From: Alphaproteobacteria bacterium
Lineage (GTDB): Bacteria; Pseudomonadota; Alphaproteobacteria; UBA2966
Length of the DNA: 64,000 nucleotides
Assembly (NCBI GenBank): GCA_964291395.2
Contig: OZ219857.1
Coordinates: forward strand, 96,001-160,000
Reading direction: 5' to 3'
The notes below the pieces were generated by a model. The model was not told where the DNA came from. It did not search any database and was given only the letters and a program-made list of their open reading frames with translations. A program made the position numbers and the translations under genes. This document shows positions 9,334 through 18,926 of the stretch, piece by piece. Position 1 is the stretch's first letter. Each line of letters opens with the position of its first letter.

Positions 9334-11292
9334 CTACCCGCCTTTGTAGCTGCGCCGCCGGCGCGCGACCTGCACCGTGCCGAGGACGATCGCGATGGCT
9401 GCCACGATCAATGGAACGAGGCCAATATTCACGAATTGAAGCCATGTTTCGAGGTTCTCCACGTCCTCGCGAAGCCCGCGCTGAACGTCACGCAGTTGCT
9501 TGCGAATGGACACCATTTCCAGGCGTAGCGACTCCAATTCATCCTTCTGTTCCTGCGTCAGGGACAATTCTACCTGAATTTCCCCCGTCGAAGCGTCGGT
9601 CTTCGTCTCCACACCCTCCAACTGCGCGATTTTGTTTTCGAGCTCCTTCAGCGTGTCCTGAAGTTCGCGCTCCTTGTCCCTGAATTTCAGTTCGGCTTGT
9701 TGTTGCAACTCATTGACCCGATCGAAGGGACGCTGCGAGACACCACGCGAACGCAGTCCGATCAACTCATTGGTGCCGCCAAGATTGCTTACCGCATTGA
9801 CCACGAAATTCGCATTGCTCGCGATGGGTTGCGCCACCTCGCGGCCGAAAAACTGCTGTTTGCGAATCCAAAATCGGTCTTCTATGAGGTCCGAATCTGC
9901 GACCACGATGAGATTGATCGGACCCTCGGACGTCATCAGTTGTGGCCTGTCCGGGTCTTCAGAGAGTTCTTCCTCCGTCTTCTTGATCACGCGCTCGGGA
10001 GGACCATCCGGAAATGCCGTCTCCACCTCTCCGGACAAGCGGGCCGCAATCACGTACTTGTTTTCATCCGGCTTGAACTTGTCGAGCAATCCCAGGATGT
10101 CGGGGTTCAGGCCTCTGACGAGGTCCACGTCGACAGGCGCGGAGTTCTCGGTCGAAGTGATCAGGGGTTCGAGCGTGAGCGGCGAGTTTTTCTTGAGGTC
10201 GATGTACCCCGCGCTGGCGATATTGACGAGCGGCAGCCGGCTGGTCACCGGATCGTCCTGATTCATCTGTTCGCCCGACACGGCGAGCCACACCACGTAG
10301 TCCGCGGGAATGACACGTTGTTGGGTGCCGGCATTGACGCGCCAAGCCATGCTCCGGTCGCCCGTGAGTTTGCCGTCAGGAATTTCGACCCCCCACTTCT
10401 CGAGGAGACCGGACAGGCTGTCCGCGGAACTGGAAATATCGTTTGGACCGATTCTGTTGTTCGATTCGGAGCGGGGGTCGAGGAACAGCATCGCGCGACC
10501 TCCCCGGAAGAGAAACTGCTCCAGCTCGTATTGGACGCGGTCGCTAAGGGTGTCGGGGTGAATGACAACCATCACGTCGATGCGCCCGGGCAGATCGTCG
10601 ATCGACTGAGGCAGATTGATGACGTCGAAGAACGTCCTCAGATGGTGGGCGATCTCCCATGGGATGGAGACGCTGCCCTGCATATGCGCGCGCATGTCCC
10701 CCATGACCGGCAGGGAGCTCATGACGCCGACAACGGTTGGCTCCGGGTTGGACAGCGCATGAATCATCTGAGCGAGGTCGTACTCCAAGAGGTTCTCCCG
10801 CTCGGGCTGGAAGAACGGAACGAGCTCGACGTCGTCCACCGAGTTGACACCCGCCAATCCGAAGTAGACAAGCTCTCCGCCCTGGTCCACGGGAATACCT
10901 TGTATCCCCATGGAGACGGCCCGGTCCTCGTCATCGGAGAACGGAAGGGGGTTCCGCTCATGGAGAACCACCTTGCCGCCCGCGGCCGCGGCGATCTCGT
11001 TCAGCAAATCCCGCACGCGGCGGCTATAGCCTCCGTAGAATGGCAGTTCTCGTCCCAGGCGCTCTGAATAGAAGAAGTGCAGCTCGATGGGCTCGTCGAT
11101 CGCGGCGAGTGTCTCATGCGTGCCCTCCGACAACGTAAACAGCCGATCCTCGGTCAAATCGACCCTGGCGCCGGGAACCGAGCCACCAAACAGGGTGTTG
11201 ATTGCGACGAACAGGATCCCGGCGATGACGAGACCCGTGAGCGAAACCGCGCCGACCCGTGACAGGCGATGTTCTCCCGGCATCGTGCTCAC
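9334..11292 (-). CDS. GldG-like ABC transporter auxiliary component
   Basis: RVDLTEDRLFTLSEGT, LEYDLAQMI, VVADSDLI, C-terminal coiled coil plus TM helix. Confidence 0.85.
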   Translation of the reverse strand: MSTMPGEHRLSRVGAVSLTGLVIAGILFVAINTLFGGSVPGARVDLTEDRLFTLSEGTHETLAAIDEPIELHFFYSERLGRELPFYGGYSRRVRDLLNEIAAAAGGKVVLHERNPLPFSDDEDRAVSMGIQGIPVDQGGELVYFGLAGVNSVDDVELVPFFQPERENLLEYDLAQMIHALSNPEPTVVGVMSSLPVMGDMRAHMQGSVSIPWEIAHHLRTFFDVINLPQSIDDLPGRIDVMVVIHPDTLSDRVQYELEQFLFRGGRAMLFLDPRSESNNRIGPNDISSSADSLSGLLEKWGVEIPDGKLTGDRSMAWRVNAGTQQRVIPADYVVWLAVSGEQMNQDDPVTSRLPLVNIASAGYIDLKKNSPLTLEPLITSTENSAPVDVDLVRGLNPDILGLLDKFKPDENKYVIAARLSGEVETAFPDGPPERVIKKTEEELSEDPDRPQLMTSEGPINLIVVADSDLIEDRFWIRKQQFFGREVAQPIASNANFVVNAVSNLGGTNELIGLRSRGVSQRPFDRVNELQQQAELKFRDKERELQDTLKELENKIAQLEGVETKTDASTGEIQVELSLTQEQKDELESLRLEMVSIRKQLRDVQRGLREDVENLETWLQFVNIGLVPLIVAAIAIVLGTVQVARRRRSYKGG

Positions 11293-12023
11293 CCGCTCTT
11301 CTTGTATTCAACTGCGACTACGTTGGCGAACAGGAAGAAGACGATCATCGAGGAGAAAAATACGACGTCGCGGATGTCGATCACGCCGCGCGCAATGTCT
11401 TTGAAATGTTCGAGAAAACTGAAGCCCATGACGATGTCCAACAGCGCACGCGGCGCCCAGCCGCTGAAGAACTCGAGAACCACTCCGAGACCGCTCGCCG
11501 TGAACACGAAACAGATTGCGGCGGCGATGATGAAGGCGATGACCTGGTTCCGGGTCAGCGCGGAGACGAACGCACCGATGGCCAGATATCCCCCGGCCAT
11601 GAAGAAGCTGCCAAGATAGCCCGCCAGAATCGCGCCGTTGTCCGGTGAGCCAAGATAGTTGACGGTGATCCAGATGGGTGCCGTCAGGATCAGGCTGACG
11701 CCGGCGACTGACCACGCGGCCAAGAACTTCCCGACCACAGCGCTGAGCGTCGTGATGGGCAGCGTGAGAAGCAACTCGATGGAGCCGGATTTGCGCTCTT
11801 CCGCCCACAGGCGCATCGCGATGGCCGGAATGAGGAACAAATAAAGCCAGGGATGGAAGAGGAAAAAGGAGTCGAGATTGGCTTGGCCTTGGATGAAGAA
11901 GTTGCCGAAGAAGAACGTGAAAGCGCCGATCGAAGCCAAAAAGATGACGATGAAGACATAAGCGAGCGGAGTTGCAAAATAGCCGGCGAATTCACGCCGG
12001 CAGATCACCCAGGTGTCATGCAT
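11289..12023 (-). CDS. GldF-like ABC-2 permease
   Basis: RREFAGYFATPLAYVF, AMRLWAEERKSGSIELLLTLP, multiple TM helices. Confidence 0.9.
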   Translation of the reverse strand: MHDTWVICRREFAGYFATPLAYVFIVIFLASIGAFTFFFGNFFIQGQANLDSFFLFHPWLYLFLIPAIAMRLWAEERKSGSIELLLTLPITTLSAVVGKFLAAWSVAGVSLILTAPIWITVNYLGSPDNGAILAGYLGSFFMAGGYLAIGAFVSALTRNQVIAFIIAAAICFVFTASGLGVVLEFFSGWAPRALLDIVMGFSFLEHFKDIARGVIDIRDVVFFSSMIVFFLFANVVAVEYKKSG

Positions 12024-12987
12024 GTCCGTCTCCACCTGCGGGAAGCGCCTCGCCGGTCGTGATGGTTCTGAAGACCTCGTCGAGGTGGCCTCGCTCGACG
12101 CGGATCTGGTCGACCTCCCAGCCGCTCTCACGAACCAACCGAGAGACCTCCCCCAAGATGTCACCACCATCCTCGGGCACTACGATGAGTTCAGCCTGCA
12201 CGCCTGCCGTATCCCGCTGCTCCACCGAGGCCACGGCAGCCAGCGAGTGCAACCCCTCGCGTACCGAGTCGATGTTGGCCGGCGGCAGTGACAGCGAAAT
12301 GGCGTTGTAGTAGCGGGATCGATGTTCCAGATCGTCGGGTGTTCCGTCGGCGACCACGCGACCTTCCGAGATGATCACGGCGCGGCTGCAAACCGCCTCT
12401 ACCTCCTCCAGAATATGGGTGGAGATGACGATGGCCTTCTCACCGGACATCTCGTGAATGAGCGTTCGCACCTCGAACTTCTGGTTGGGGTCGAGGCCGT
12501 CCGTCGGCTCGTCCAAAATCAGAACGTCGGGATCATGTATCAACGCCTGGGCCAGACCGACACGCCTCTTGTAGCCCTTCGACAGCGTGTCGATCGGCTG
12601 ATAAAGCACGCGGTCCAAATGGGTGAGCTCCACCGCGCGCGCAATGGCCGCTCGGCGGGCCGCACCCGACAGGCGGCGGACATCGGCGATGAATCCGAGA
12701 TAGGTCTGCGGAGTCATATCTCCATATGCAGGGGCACCTTCGGGGAGGTAACCGATGCGACGCTGTGCTTGAATCGGATCCTCCAGCACATCGATTCCGC
12801 AGACCTCGGCCGTTCCTGAGGTGGGCGTCAAGTATCCCGTGACCATCTTCATGGTCGTCGATTTGCCAGAACCATTGGGCCCGAGGAACCCAAGGACCTC
12901 GCCTTTGGACACTTCGAGACTGATATTGTCGACTGCCAAGAGGTGCCCGAACCTCTTGGTCAGGCCCTTGATCGCGACCATCGTCAT
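12016..12987 (-). CDS. GldA-like ABC ATP-binding protein
   Basis: GPNGSGKST, LSKGYKRRVGLAQA, LILDEPTDGLDP, STHILEEV. Confidence 0.92.
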   Translation of the reverse strand: MTMVAIKGLTKRFGHLLAVDNISLEVSKGEVLGFLGPNGSGKSTTMKMVTGYLTPTSGTAEVCGIDVLEDPIQAQRRIGYLPEGAPAYGDMTPQTYLGFIADVRRLSGAARRAAIARAVELTHLDRVLYQPIDTLSKGYKRRVGLAQALIHDPDVLILDEPTDGLDPNQKFEVRTLIHEMSGEKAIVISTHILEEVEAVCSRAVIISEGRVVADGTPDDLEHRSRYYNAISLSLPPANIDSVREGLHSLAAVASVEQRDTAGVQAELIVVPEDGGDILGEVSRLVRESGWEVDQIRVERGHLDEVFRTITTGEALPAGGDGHA

Positions 12988-13343
12988 GGCGCTTTGTCGT
13001 CCTCCCCCCGCGTCCAAGAAAGCCGAAAATCCATGCCGCCTGGAAATGCGCCGCCCCTTTTAGCACTCGAAACCCCAGAGTGCCAGCCCAAGACGTCACC
13101 TGATGTAAGAGGCCTCGAGCAGCTTTCAATACCCCCAACGAAAATCATGGATGGACCCGTGCACTGTTCACCGGCGGAGTTCCAGCGGCCGAACCCATGG
13201 AATCTCGACTCCTCGACATCTGTCGCGCTCGTCCGTTTCGTATCGACAATCAACATCTTTTGCGAACGGGCGTCGTTGGTCTCGCCGCCACGGCGGCGCC
13301 GGGATAACATGGCTCGTACACGTGTAGCGGAGTGTTCAAGAAC

Positions 13344-14360
13344 ATGGCAAAGATCACGCGGAGTAACGGTCATCGCCTCGACAGCATCGCTCACATTCAA
13401 CTCGGCGCGGGCACGCTCGAGAGACCCAATCCCGACGACTTGAGCTTCGATCTCGACGCTGTGAGCGCGTCGGTGGTTTCCTTGAGCGCCGAGATCCCGC
13501 CGGATGCCATGACAGCCCAGACGCTGGGAACGGAGCGGGCCGGGAATGGGGTGATCATCGACGAGCACGGCCTCGTTCTCACGATCGGGTATCTGATCAG
13601 TGAAGCCACCGCGGTCAACCTGCGAACCGCGCACGGCGACGAAGTGGCCGGCGAGACTGTGGCCTACGACTACGAGACCGGTTTCGGCCTGATACGAGCT
13701 TTGGCGCCCCTCAATGCGGCATCGGTTGAAATCGGCGAGGCCGCGACAGCCATGCCCGGTGATCCGGTTGTTGTAGTCGGTCACGGAGACGGCGGCGGCT
13801 CCATCGCCGCACAGGTCGTGGCCAAACGCGAGTTCGCGGGCTACTGGGAATACCTGCTTGACGAAGCGATATTCACGACGCCCCCGCACCCCAACTGGGG
13901 CGGCACCGCCCTCATAGACCGAAACGGAAAATTGATCGGCATCGGCTCCCTGTTTGTCCAGGAGACCAGAGCACCTGACGAGCATGAGCCCGGCAACATG
14001 TTTGTGCCGATCGACTTGCTTCAACCCGTCTACCATGACCTGGTGACCCTGGGACGGGTCAATCGAGCCTCGCGTCCTTGGCTCGGCATGTTCACGACGG
14101 AGAGTTCAGGGCACCTGATCGTCGCGGGTCTCTATTCGAACGGGCCGGCGGAAAGAGCCGGCCTAGAGCAACTCGACGTCATCCTGAGAGTCGACGACCA
14201 GCCCGTACGGGGGCTTGCCGACATGTACCGAAAGATCTGGAGCGCAGGCGACGCGGGGACGAAGATCAATATGACCGTTCTCCGCGATGGCAAGATCATC
14301 GACGTCGTGATCGAAACGGCGGACCGCTACACTCTGATGCGAGTCTCGAGACCTCACTAG
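13344..14360 (+). CDS. S1C/HtrA-fold protein with PDZ domain; catalytic triad substituted
   Basis: GNGVIIDEHGLVLTIGYLI, PNWGGTALIDRNGKLIGI, RPWLG, GPAERAGL...DVI (PDZ). Confidence 0.8.
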   Translation: MAKITRSNGHRLDSIAHIQLGAGTLERPNPDDLSFDLDAVSASVVSLSAEIPPDAMTAQTLGTERAGNGVIIDEHGLVLTIGYLISEATAVNLRTAHGDEVAGETVAYDYETGFGLIRALAPLNAASVEIGEAATAMPGDPVVVVGHGDGGGSIAAQVVAKREFAGYWEYLLDEAIFTTPPHPNWGGTALIDRNGKLIGIGSLFVQETRAPDEHEPGNMFVPIDLLQPVYHDLVTLGRVNRASRPWLGMFTTESSGHLIVAGLYSNGPAERAGLEQLDVILRVDDQPVRGLADMYRKIWSAGDAGTKINMTVLRDGKIIDVVIETADRYTLMRVSRPH

Positions 14361-14387
14361 TCGTGAACGTTTCCCGCCCCTGCTCGC

Positions 14388-15734
14388 CTAAACCGACCGC
14401 GCCATCGGCTCCAGCGTGGTTCCGTCGCCGAACCTGGAGAACCGGAAGGGCGTCGGGTCTACTCGGGGCGCGGTACCGCGCACGAGATCGGACATCAAGA
14501 AGCCCGCACCCGGTCCAATTCCGAAGCCATGCCCCGAAAACCCGGAAATCAAGAACAGACCCGGTACTGATTCAATTTCCGATATGACAGGCAAGGCATC
14601 CGGGGTGGCATCGATCGTACCCGCCCAGCACTGCTCGATGGACCTGTTCTCGAATACCGGAAAGGCCGCCGACAACGCCGCGTAGGCGGTCGTCATCGCC
14701 TTGCGGGACGGTTCCGGGTCGAGAGCGCGAACCCGTTCGAAGGGACTGGCTTGGTCGAGATTCCACGATCCCCGCTGCCGAGCCTCCTGGAAGAACCTGC
14801 GGCCCAGACGCAATCGCAGCTTTCCCCGTTCGTTCTTGAAGGCCGGGATGAATTCCTTCATGAACCTGATGCTGTCTGGAACGATATCGACGTCGTTCCA
14901 GTTGCCGTTGGCGACGCTGTAGCCACCGTCCAAACGCTTTCGGAATGCGAAACCACCTCCCCAGGCCGCCGTTTCGGGACCACCGTCAAGCGCCTCGGTG
15001 CGAAAAACCGACGCAACGACTTTCAGCTGCGGGAACCGCACCCCGAGACTGCGGCACAACAGGCCCGACCACGCGCCTGCGGCAATCACCACCGCCCGAC
15101 ACGACACGCGGCCCCGTTCCGTTACGACCCCGGCGACACGACCTCCTTCCACGTCCAGCCCCCGCACGGCGCAGTTCGTCACCACGGTCGTGCCATTGTC
15201 TTGAGCACCACGAGCCAGGGCAGGCGCCGCTTTCTGTGGCTCGGCCCGAGCGTCGCTCGCCGTGTAGAACGCCGTTGGACAATTTCCCCGATAGCCGGGG
15301 AGCACTTCCTCGATTTCGGCCCGTGTAATCACCTTTGAATCGAGTTGAAAGCCACGCACTTCCTCGAGCCAACGTTCGTATCGGGCGACATCCTCTTGCG
15401 TTTCGCATAGGTAGGCGATGCCGCTTCGGCGAAATCCGGTTTCCATCTGAAGGGCTTCGTTCAACCCTTCCCAAATCCGCATCGACTCCATCATCAGCGG
15501 CAGTTCCCGCGGATCACGATGCATCTTGCGGACCCACCCCCAGTTGCGGCTTGATTGCTCGCCGGCCACGGCGCCCTTTTCACAGAGCACCGTCGGCACG
15601 CCGTTCCGCGAAAGCGCATAAGCGGTGCTTGCACCGGCGATACCGGCGCCGATGACAACGACTTCGCACCGCTCGGGTAATGTCGGATCAAGCCGAACGG
15701 CGTCGGGTTTCGGGGACCGCCACTGCCCTAGCAT
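14388..15734 (-). CDS. FAD-dependent oxidoreductase, DAO/D-amino acid dehydrogenase family
   Basis: VIGAGIAG, EQSSRNWGW, GFSGHGFGIGPGAG; SD-like GGAAGGA before the ATG. Confidence 0.88.
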   Translation of the reverse strand: MLGQWRSPKPDAVRLDPTLPERCEVVVIGAGIAGASTAYALSRNGVPTVLCEKGAVAGEQSSRNWGWVRKMHRDPRELPLMMESMRIWEGLNEALQMETGFRRSGIAYLCETQEDVARYERWLEEVRGFQLDSKVITRAEIEEVLPGYRGNCPTAFYTASDARAEPQKAAPALARGAQDNGTTVVTNCAVRGLDVEGGRVAGVVTERGRVSCRAVVIAAGAWSGLLCRSLGVRFPQLKVVASVFRTEALDGGPETAAWGGGFAFRKRLDGGYSVANGNWNDVDIVPDSIRFMKEFIPAFKNERGKLRLRLGRRFFQEARQRGSWNLDQASPFERVRALDPEPSRKAMTTAYAALSAAFPVFENRSIEQCWAGTIDATPDALPVISEIESVPGLFLISGFSGHGFGIGPGAGFLMSDLVRGTAPRVDPTPFRFSRFGDGTTLEPMARSV

Positions 15735-16073
15735 CACTTCCTTCCGAAACACCCAGCCGTCCTGCGTTGGCTCAGAACCCGAGGATGCGCACCACACCGC
15801 GATGAGAGCAAGGCCACAAGACCGGAGAAATGAAAAGGGCGGGAGCGAGACGGCCCATGGCGGTTCAGGCCCGGCTCGAACCGCCACGGAGGCCGCGACG
15901 CAGCCCGACGGGGAGACTCCGTGTCAAACCAACGAACGACAGATGCGGGTCCGATACCGATTCCAGGTGCAGACCGAAGGCTCGCGGCGGCGAGCGACGA
16001 AGACCGGGAAGGAAGGCGCCGTGCGGCGTCCCTCCTCCCATACCATCACAGGCTCGAACCTGAAGTCCGAGCC

Positions 16074-16103
16074 CATGTTCCGGTCAAACTGGAACCGCTC
16101 CAG
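16074..16103 (-). repeat. Palindromic intergenic repeat, copy 2 (just 3' of tRNA-Ala)
   Basis: Minus strand CTGGAGCGGTTCCAGTTTGACCGGAACATG; 17 bp identical to the copy at 51226-51259. Confidence 0.55.
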
Positions 16104-16116
16104 CCCCTGTTCTAAT

Positions 16117-16192
<76 letters not shown>

Positions 16193-16234
16193 TGATCCCT
16201 TCGTCGCGTCCCGCCAATCGCGGCACCGAAACAA

Positions 16235-16600
16235 CTATTCGTCGGTCTTGCTTCCATCGACCGCGCCGTCGAGCACATCCGACACGTCATCTTCTTTCAC
16301 GAGTTCGGCAGCATCCTCGATGAGATCGTCGTCCTCGTCGTCGGCATCGTCGTCGATATCAATCTCCTCAAGTCCTTCGTCGCCTCCCGTCCCCGGAACG
16401 ATGCCTTCCGCGCTCTCGACGGACGCCAGCTGCTCGCCTTCCCCTGCCGAATTCTTGGGCCCAGCCACCGGCGCCTTCTCGGTCGTCACGAGGTACGGGG
16501 TCTCGCACTTTGGACAGATGACAGGGTCGCGTTTGAGATCGTAAAAGCGCGCCCCGCATTCTGGGCACTCCCGCTTCTCACCCCATTCAGGTTTCGACAC
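16235..16600 (-). CDS. TIGR02300 / FYDLN_acid family protein
   Basis: KPEWGEKRECPECGARFYDL...CPKC followed by an acidic tail; usual position between aroA and tRNA-Ala. Confidence 0.9.
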   Translation of the reverse strand: MSKPEWGEKRECPECGARFYDLKRDPVICPKCETPYLVTTEKAPVAGPKNSAGEGEQLASVESAEGIVPGTGGDEGLEEIDIDDDADDEDDDLIEDAAELVKEDDVSDVLDGAVDGSKTDE

Positions 16601-16819
16601 GCGGATGACTCCCGATCGCTTCGACAATTTGTGGAATGATACAAATTTGGGGGTGTCCCAATTGCCATGAACGGGCCAAGCTGTCAAAAGTTTTGTCGCT
16701 CTGATCCCGACGAGGCCTCGCCAGTCCATTGCACCTCCTGATTTCGATGGTGGTGCGATTCGGATTGCAAATGGCCATTCCCGGCCGGAGCCTGATCGCC
16801 TCTGCATCTTGAAACCGGT

Positions 16820-18172
16820 TTGATCGTACTCACCTCACATCGCGCTCGGGCGTTGAACGGCACCACACGCGTGCCGGGAGACAAATCGATATCCCATCGC
16901 GCTCTCATTTTTGGCGCGCTTTCGGTCGGCGAAACGGTAGTCACGGGATTGTCCCAGGGCGACGACGTGGCGAGAACCGAGGCGGCGTTGCGCCATCTTG
17001 GAGCCGAGATACGGGCGCCGGAATCCGACACTCGAGTCATCTTCGGGCGTGGAGTCGGAGGACTATGCGAACCCGCGTCGGCCCTCGATCTGGGGAATTC
17101 GGGCACTGGCGCCCGGCTGCTGATGGGTATGGTCGCGTCCCATCACCTGACGGCGCACTTCACCGGGGATGCCTCGCTCTCGAACAGACCCATGGACCGC
17201 GTCATTCTCCCCCTCCGGCAAATGGGAGCCGAGATCTCGGCGCGGGATGGAAACCTCCTTCCCCTGACCGTCGCCGGCACGCAGAGCCCGGTTCCCATCG
17301 AATACGTCCTGCCGACCCCATCAGCACAGGTCAAGTCCGCCATACTTCTGGCCGCTCTCAATACGCCGGGTGATACATCCGTGATCGAGCCCGTCCCCTC
17401 GCGAGATCACACGGAACGCATGATGGCACACTTCGGAGCAACGATTGCCGAAAGGGAAGACGGTGACGGCAGACGCCGTATCACCGTGAAGGGCGAAGCG
17501 GAACTGACGGGGCGTCCCGTTTCGATCCCCGGTGACCCGTCGTCAGCTGCCTTCCTCATCGCTGCCGCCCTCGCCGTTCCGGCTTCCCAAGTCACGATCC
17601 AAAACGTCGGCACCAACCCCTTGCGAACGGGGTTCTTCGACACTCTGCGAGAGATGGGAGCCAGCATCGAGTTGTCGAGCATCCAAACGGTCGGAGGCGA
17701 GCCGGTAGCGGACGTTACGGTCAAGCACAGCCGTTTGATCGGTATCAACGTTCCTCCGGAACGGGCCCCCACGATGATCGACGAGTATCCGGTCCTGGCA
17801 GTGCTGGCGGCGAGCGCGGAAGGTCAAACCGTCATGCGTGGCGTCCGCGAACTCCGTATCAAAGAAAGCGATCGCATCTCCGCCATGACGACCGGCCTCC
17901 GGGCTTGCGGTGTAACGGTTGACGAATTCGAGGACGGCTTCGCGGTCACCGGTCTGGGTAGACCGGTACCCGGTGGCGCCGCCGTCCACACGTATCTCGA
18001 CCACAGAGTGGCCATGTCGTTTCTCGTACTAGGCATGACCTCCGAGGAACCGATCGTGGTAAACGGTGCAGAGACCATCGATACCAGCTTTCCCGAATTC
18101 ATGGACCTCTTGACGGGCCTGGGTGCCGAAGTGTCCCAAAAGCCATGGACGCGGAATGATTATCGCGATTGA
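16820..18172 (+). CDS. aroA: 3-phosphoshikimate 1-carboxyvinyltransferase (class II EPSPS)
   Basis: PGDKSISHR, LGNSGTG, SAQVKSA, RDHTERM, KESDRI, DHRVAMS. Confidence 0.96.
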   Translation: MIVLTSHRARALNGTTRVPGDKSISHRALIFGALSVGETVVTGLSQGDDVARTEAALRHLGAEIRAPESDTRVIFGRGVGGLCEPASALDLGNSGTGARLLMGMVASHHLTAHFTGDASLSNRPMDRVILPLRQMGAEISARDGNLLPLTVAGTQSPVPIEYVLPTPSAQVKSAILLAALNTPGDTSVIEPVPSRDHTERMMAHFGATIAEREDGDGRRRITVKGEAELTGRPVSIPGDPSSAAFLIAAALAVPASQVTIQNVGTNPLRTGFFDTLREMGASIELSSIQTVGGEPVADVTVKHSRLIGINVPPERAPTMIDEYPVLAVLAASAEGQTVMRGVRELRIKESDRISAMTTGLRACGVTVDEFEDGFAVTGLGRPVPGGAAVHTYLDHRVAMSFLVLGMTSEEPIVVNGAETIDTSFPEFMDLLTGLGAEVSQKPWTRNDYRD

Positions 18173-18791
18173 CGGCCCCGCCGCGGCCGGTAAGGGCACC
18201 TTGTCGCAATTGCTGGCGGAGAGGCTGGACCTCGCTTGGCTGGAAACGGGATCGCTTTATCGCGCCGTGGCACTCCGAATGTTGCGGGATGGTTCGGATC
18301 TTCGAGACTCCCGGGCTGCGGTCAAGGCGGTCGAGCATTTGGATGCGAACGACTTGAACGATCCCGAATTGCGCCGGGAGGACGTCGGCCAGGCGGCATC
18401 TCGGATCGCGGCCAACCCTGAGGTTCGCGCCGCGTTGGTCGGGTTTCAGCGCGACTTCGCCCGCCAGCCTCCTGGGCGGGTCCGAGGGGCGGTCCTGGAT
18501 GGTCGAGACATCGGAACCATCGTGTGCCCGGACGCCGACTACAAAATCTTCTTAACCGCGACTCCGGAAGCGCGGGCCCGCCGTCGTTTCCTGGAACTGC
18601 AGGAGGACGGCAATCAAGTCGACGAACAACAGGTACTTGCAACGACCCTCGAACGCGACGCACGGGACAGCGAACGTAGCACTTCCCCTTTGAGACCGGC
18701 GGATGACGCGTACTTGCTAGACACGACGAATTTGTCTATAGACGCAGCCTTTGCGGCCCTGATGGCGTATATCTCGGGCTCGAGCGATTGA
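18156..18791 (+). CDS. cmk: Cytidylate kinase
   Basis: IAIDGPAAAGKGT, LDGRDIGTIVCPDA, RDARD. Confidence 0.95.
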   Translation: MIIAIDGPAAAGKGTLSQLLAERLDLAWLETGSLYRAVALRMLRDGSDLRDSRAAVKAVEHLDANDLNDPELRREDVGQAASRIAANPEVRAALVGFQRDFARQPPGRVRGAVLDGRDIGTIVCPDADYKIFLTATPEARARRRFLELQEDGNQVDEQQVLATTLERDARDSERSTSPLRPADDAYLLDTTNLSIDAAFAALMAYISGSSD

Positions 18792-18926
18792 ATTCTTGGG
18801 TAACGCAAGCATCCCCTGAGAGATTCCGGAGCGGCGGCTCCCGTGATCTGCCGACGCCACCTTGGAGGGTCGGTTGTGTTATGCTTGTCCATACGCGCGT
18901 GATGGGACCGCGCAACAGGAGCCAGA

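Noticed and set aside
9697-11067. Long antisense ORFs (456 aa here; also 18879-19919, 29043-30311, 39251-40237, 42925-43938, 61103-62398)
   Set aside because: Shadow frames of well-supported genes, expected in high-GC DNA; no recognisable motifs
13100-13275. Minus-strand KMLIVDTKRTSATDVEESRFHGF, resembling a receiver-domain start
   Set aside because: Too short; lacks the acidic pair and phospho-Asp, so not distinguishable from chance
16005-16040. CCTCCTCCC cuckoo-RNA-like motif
   Set aside because: Single copy, and it lies in a stem rather than a loop
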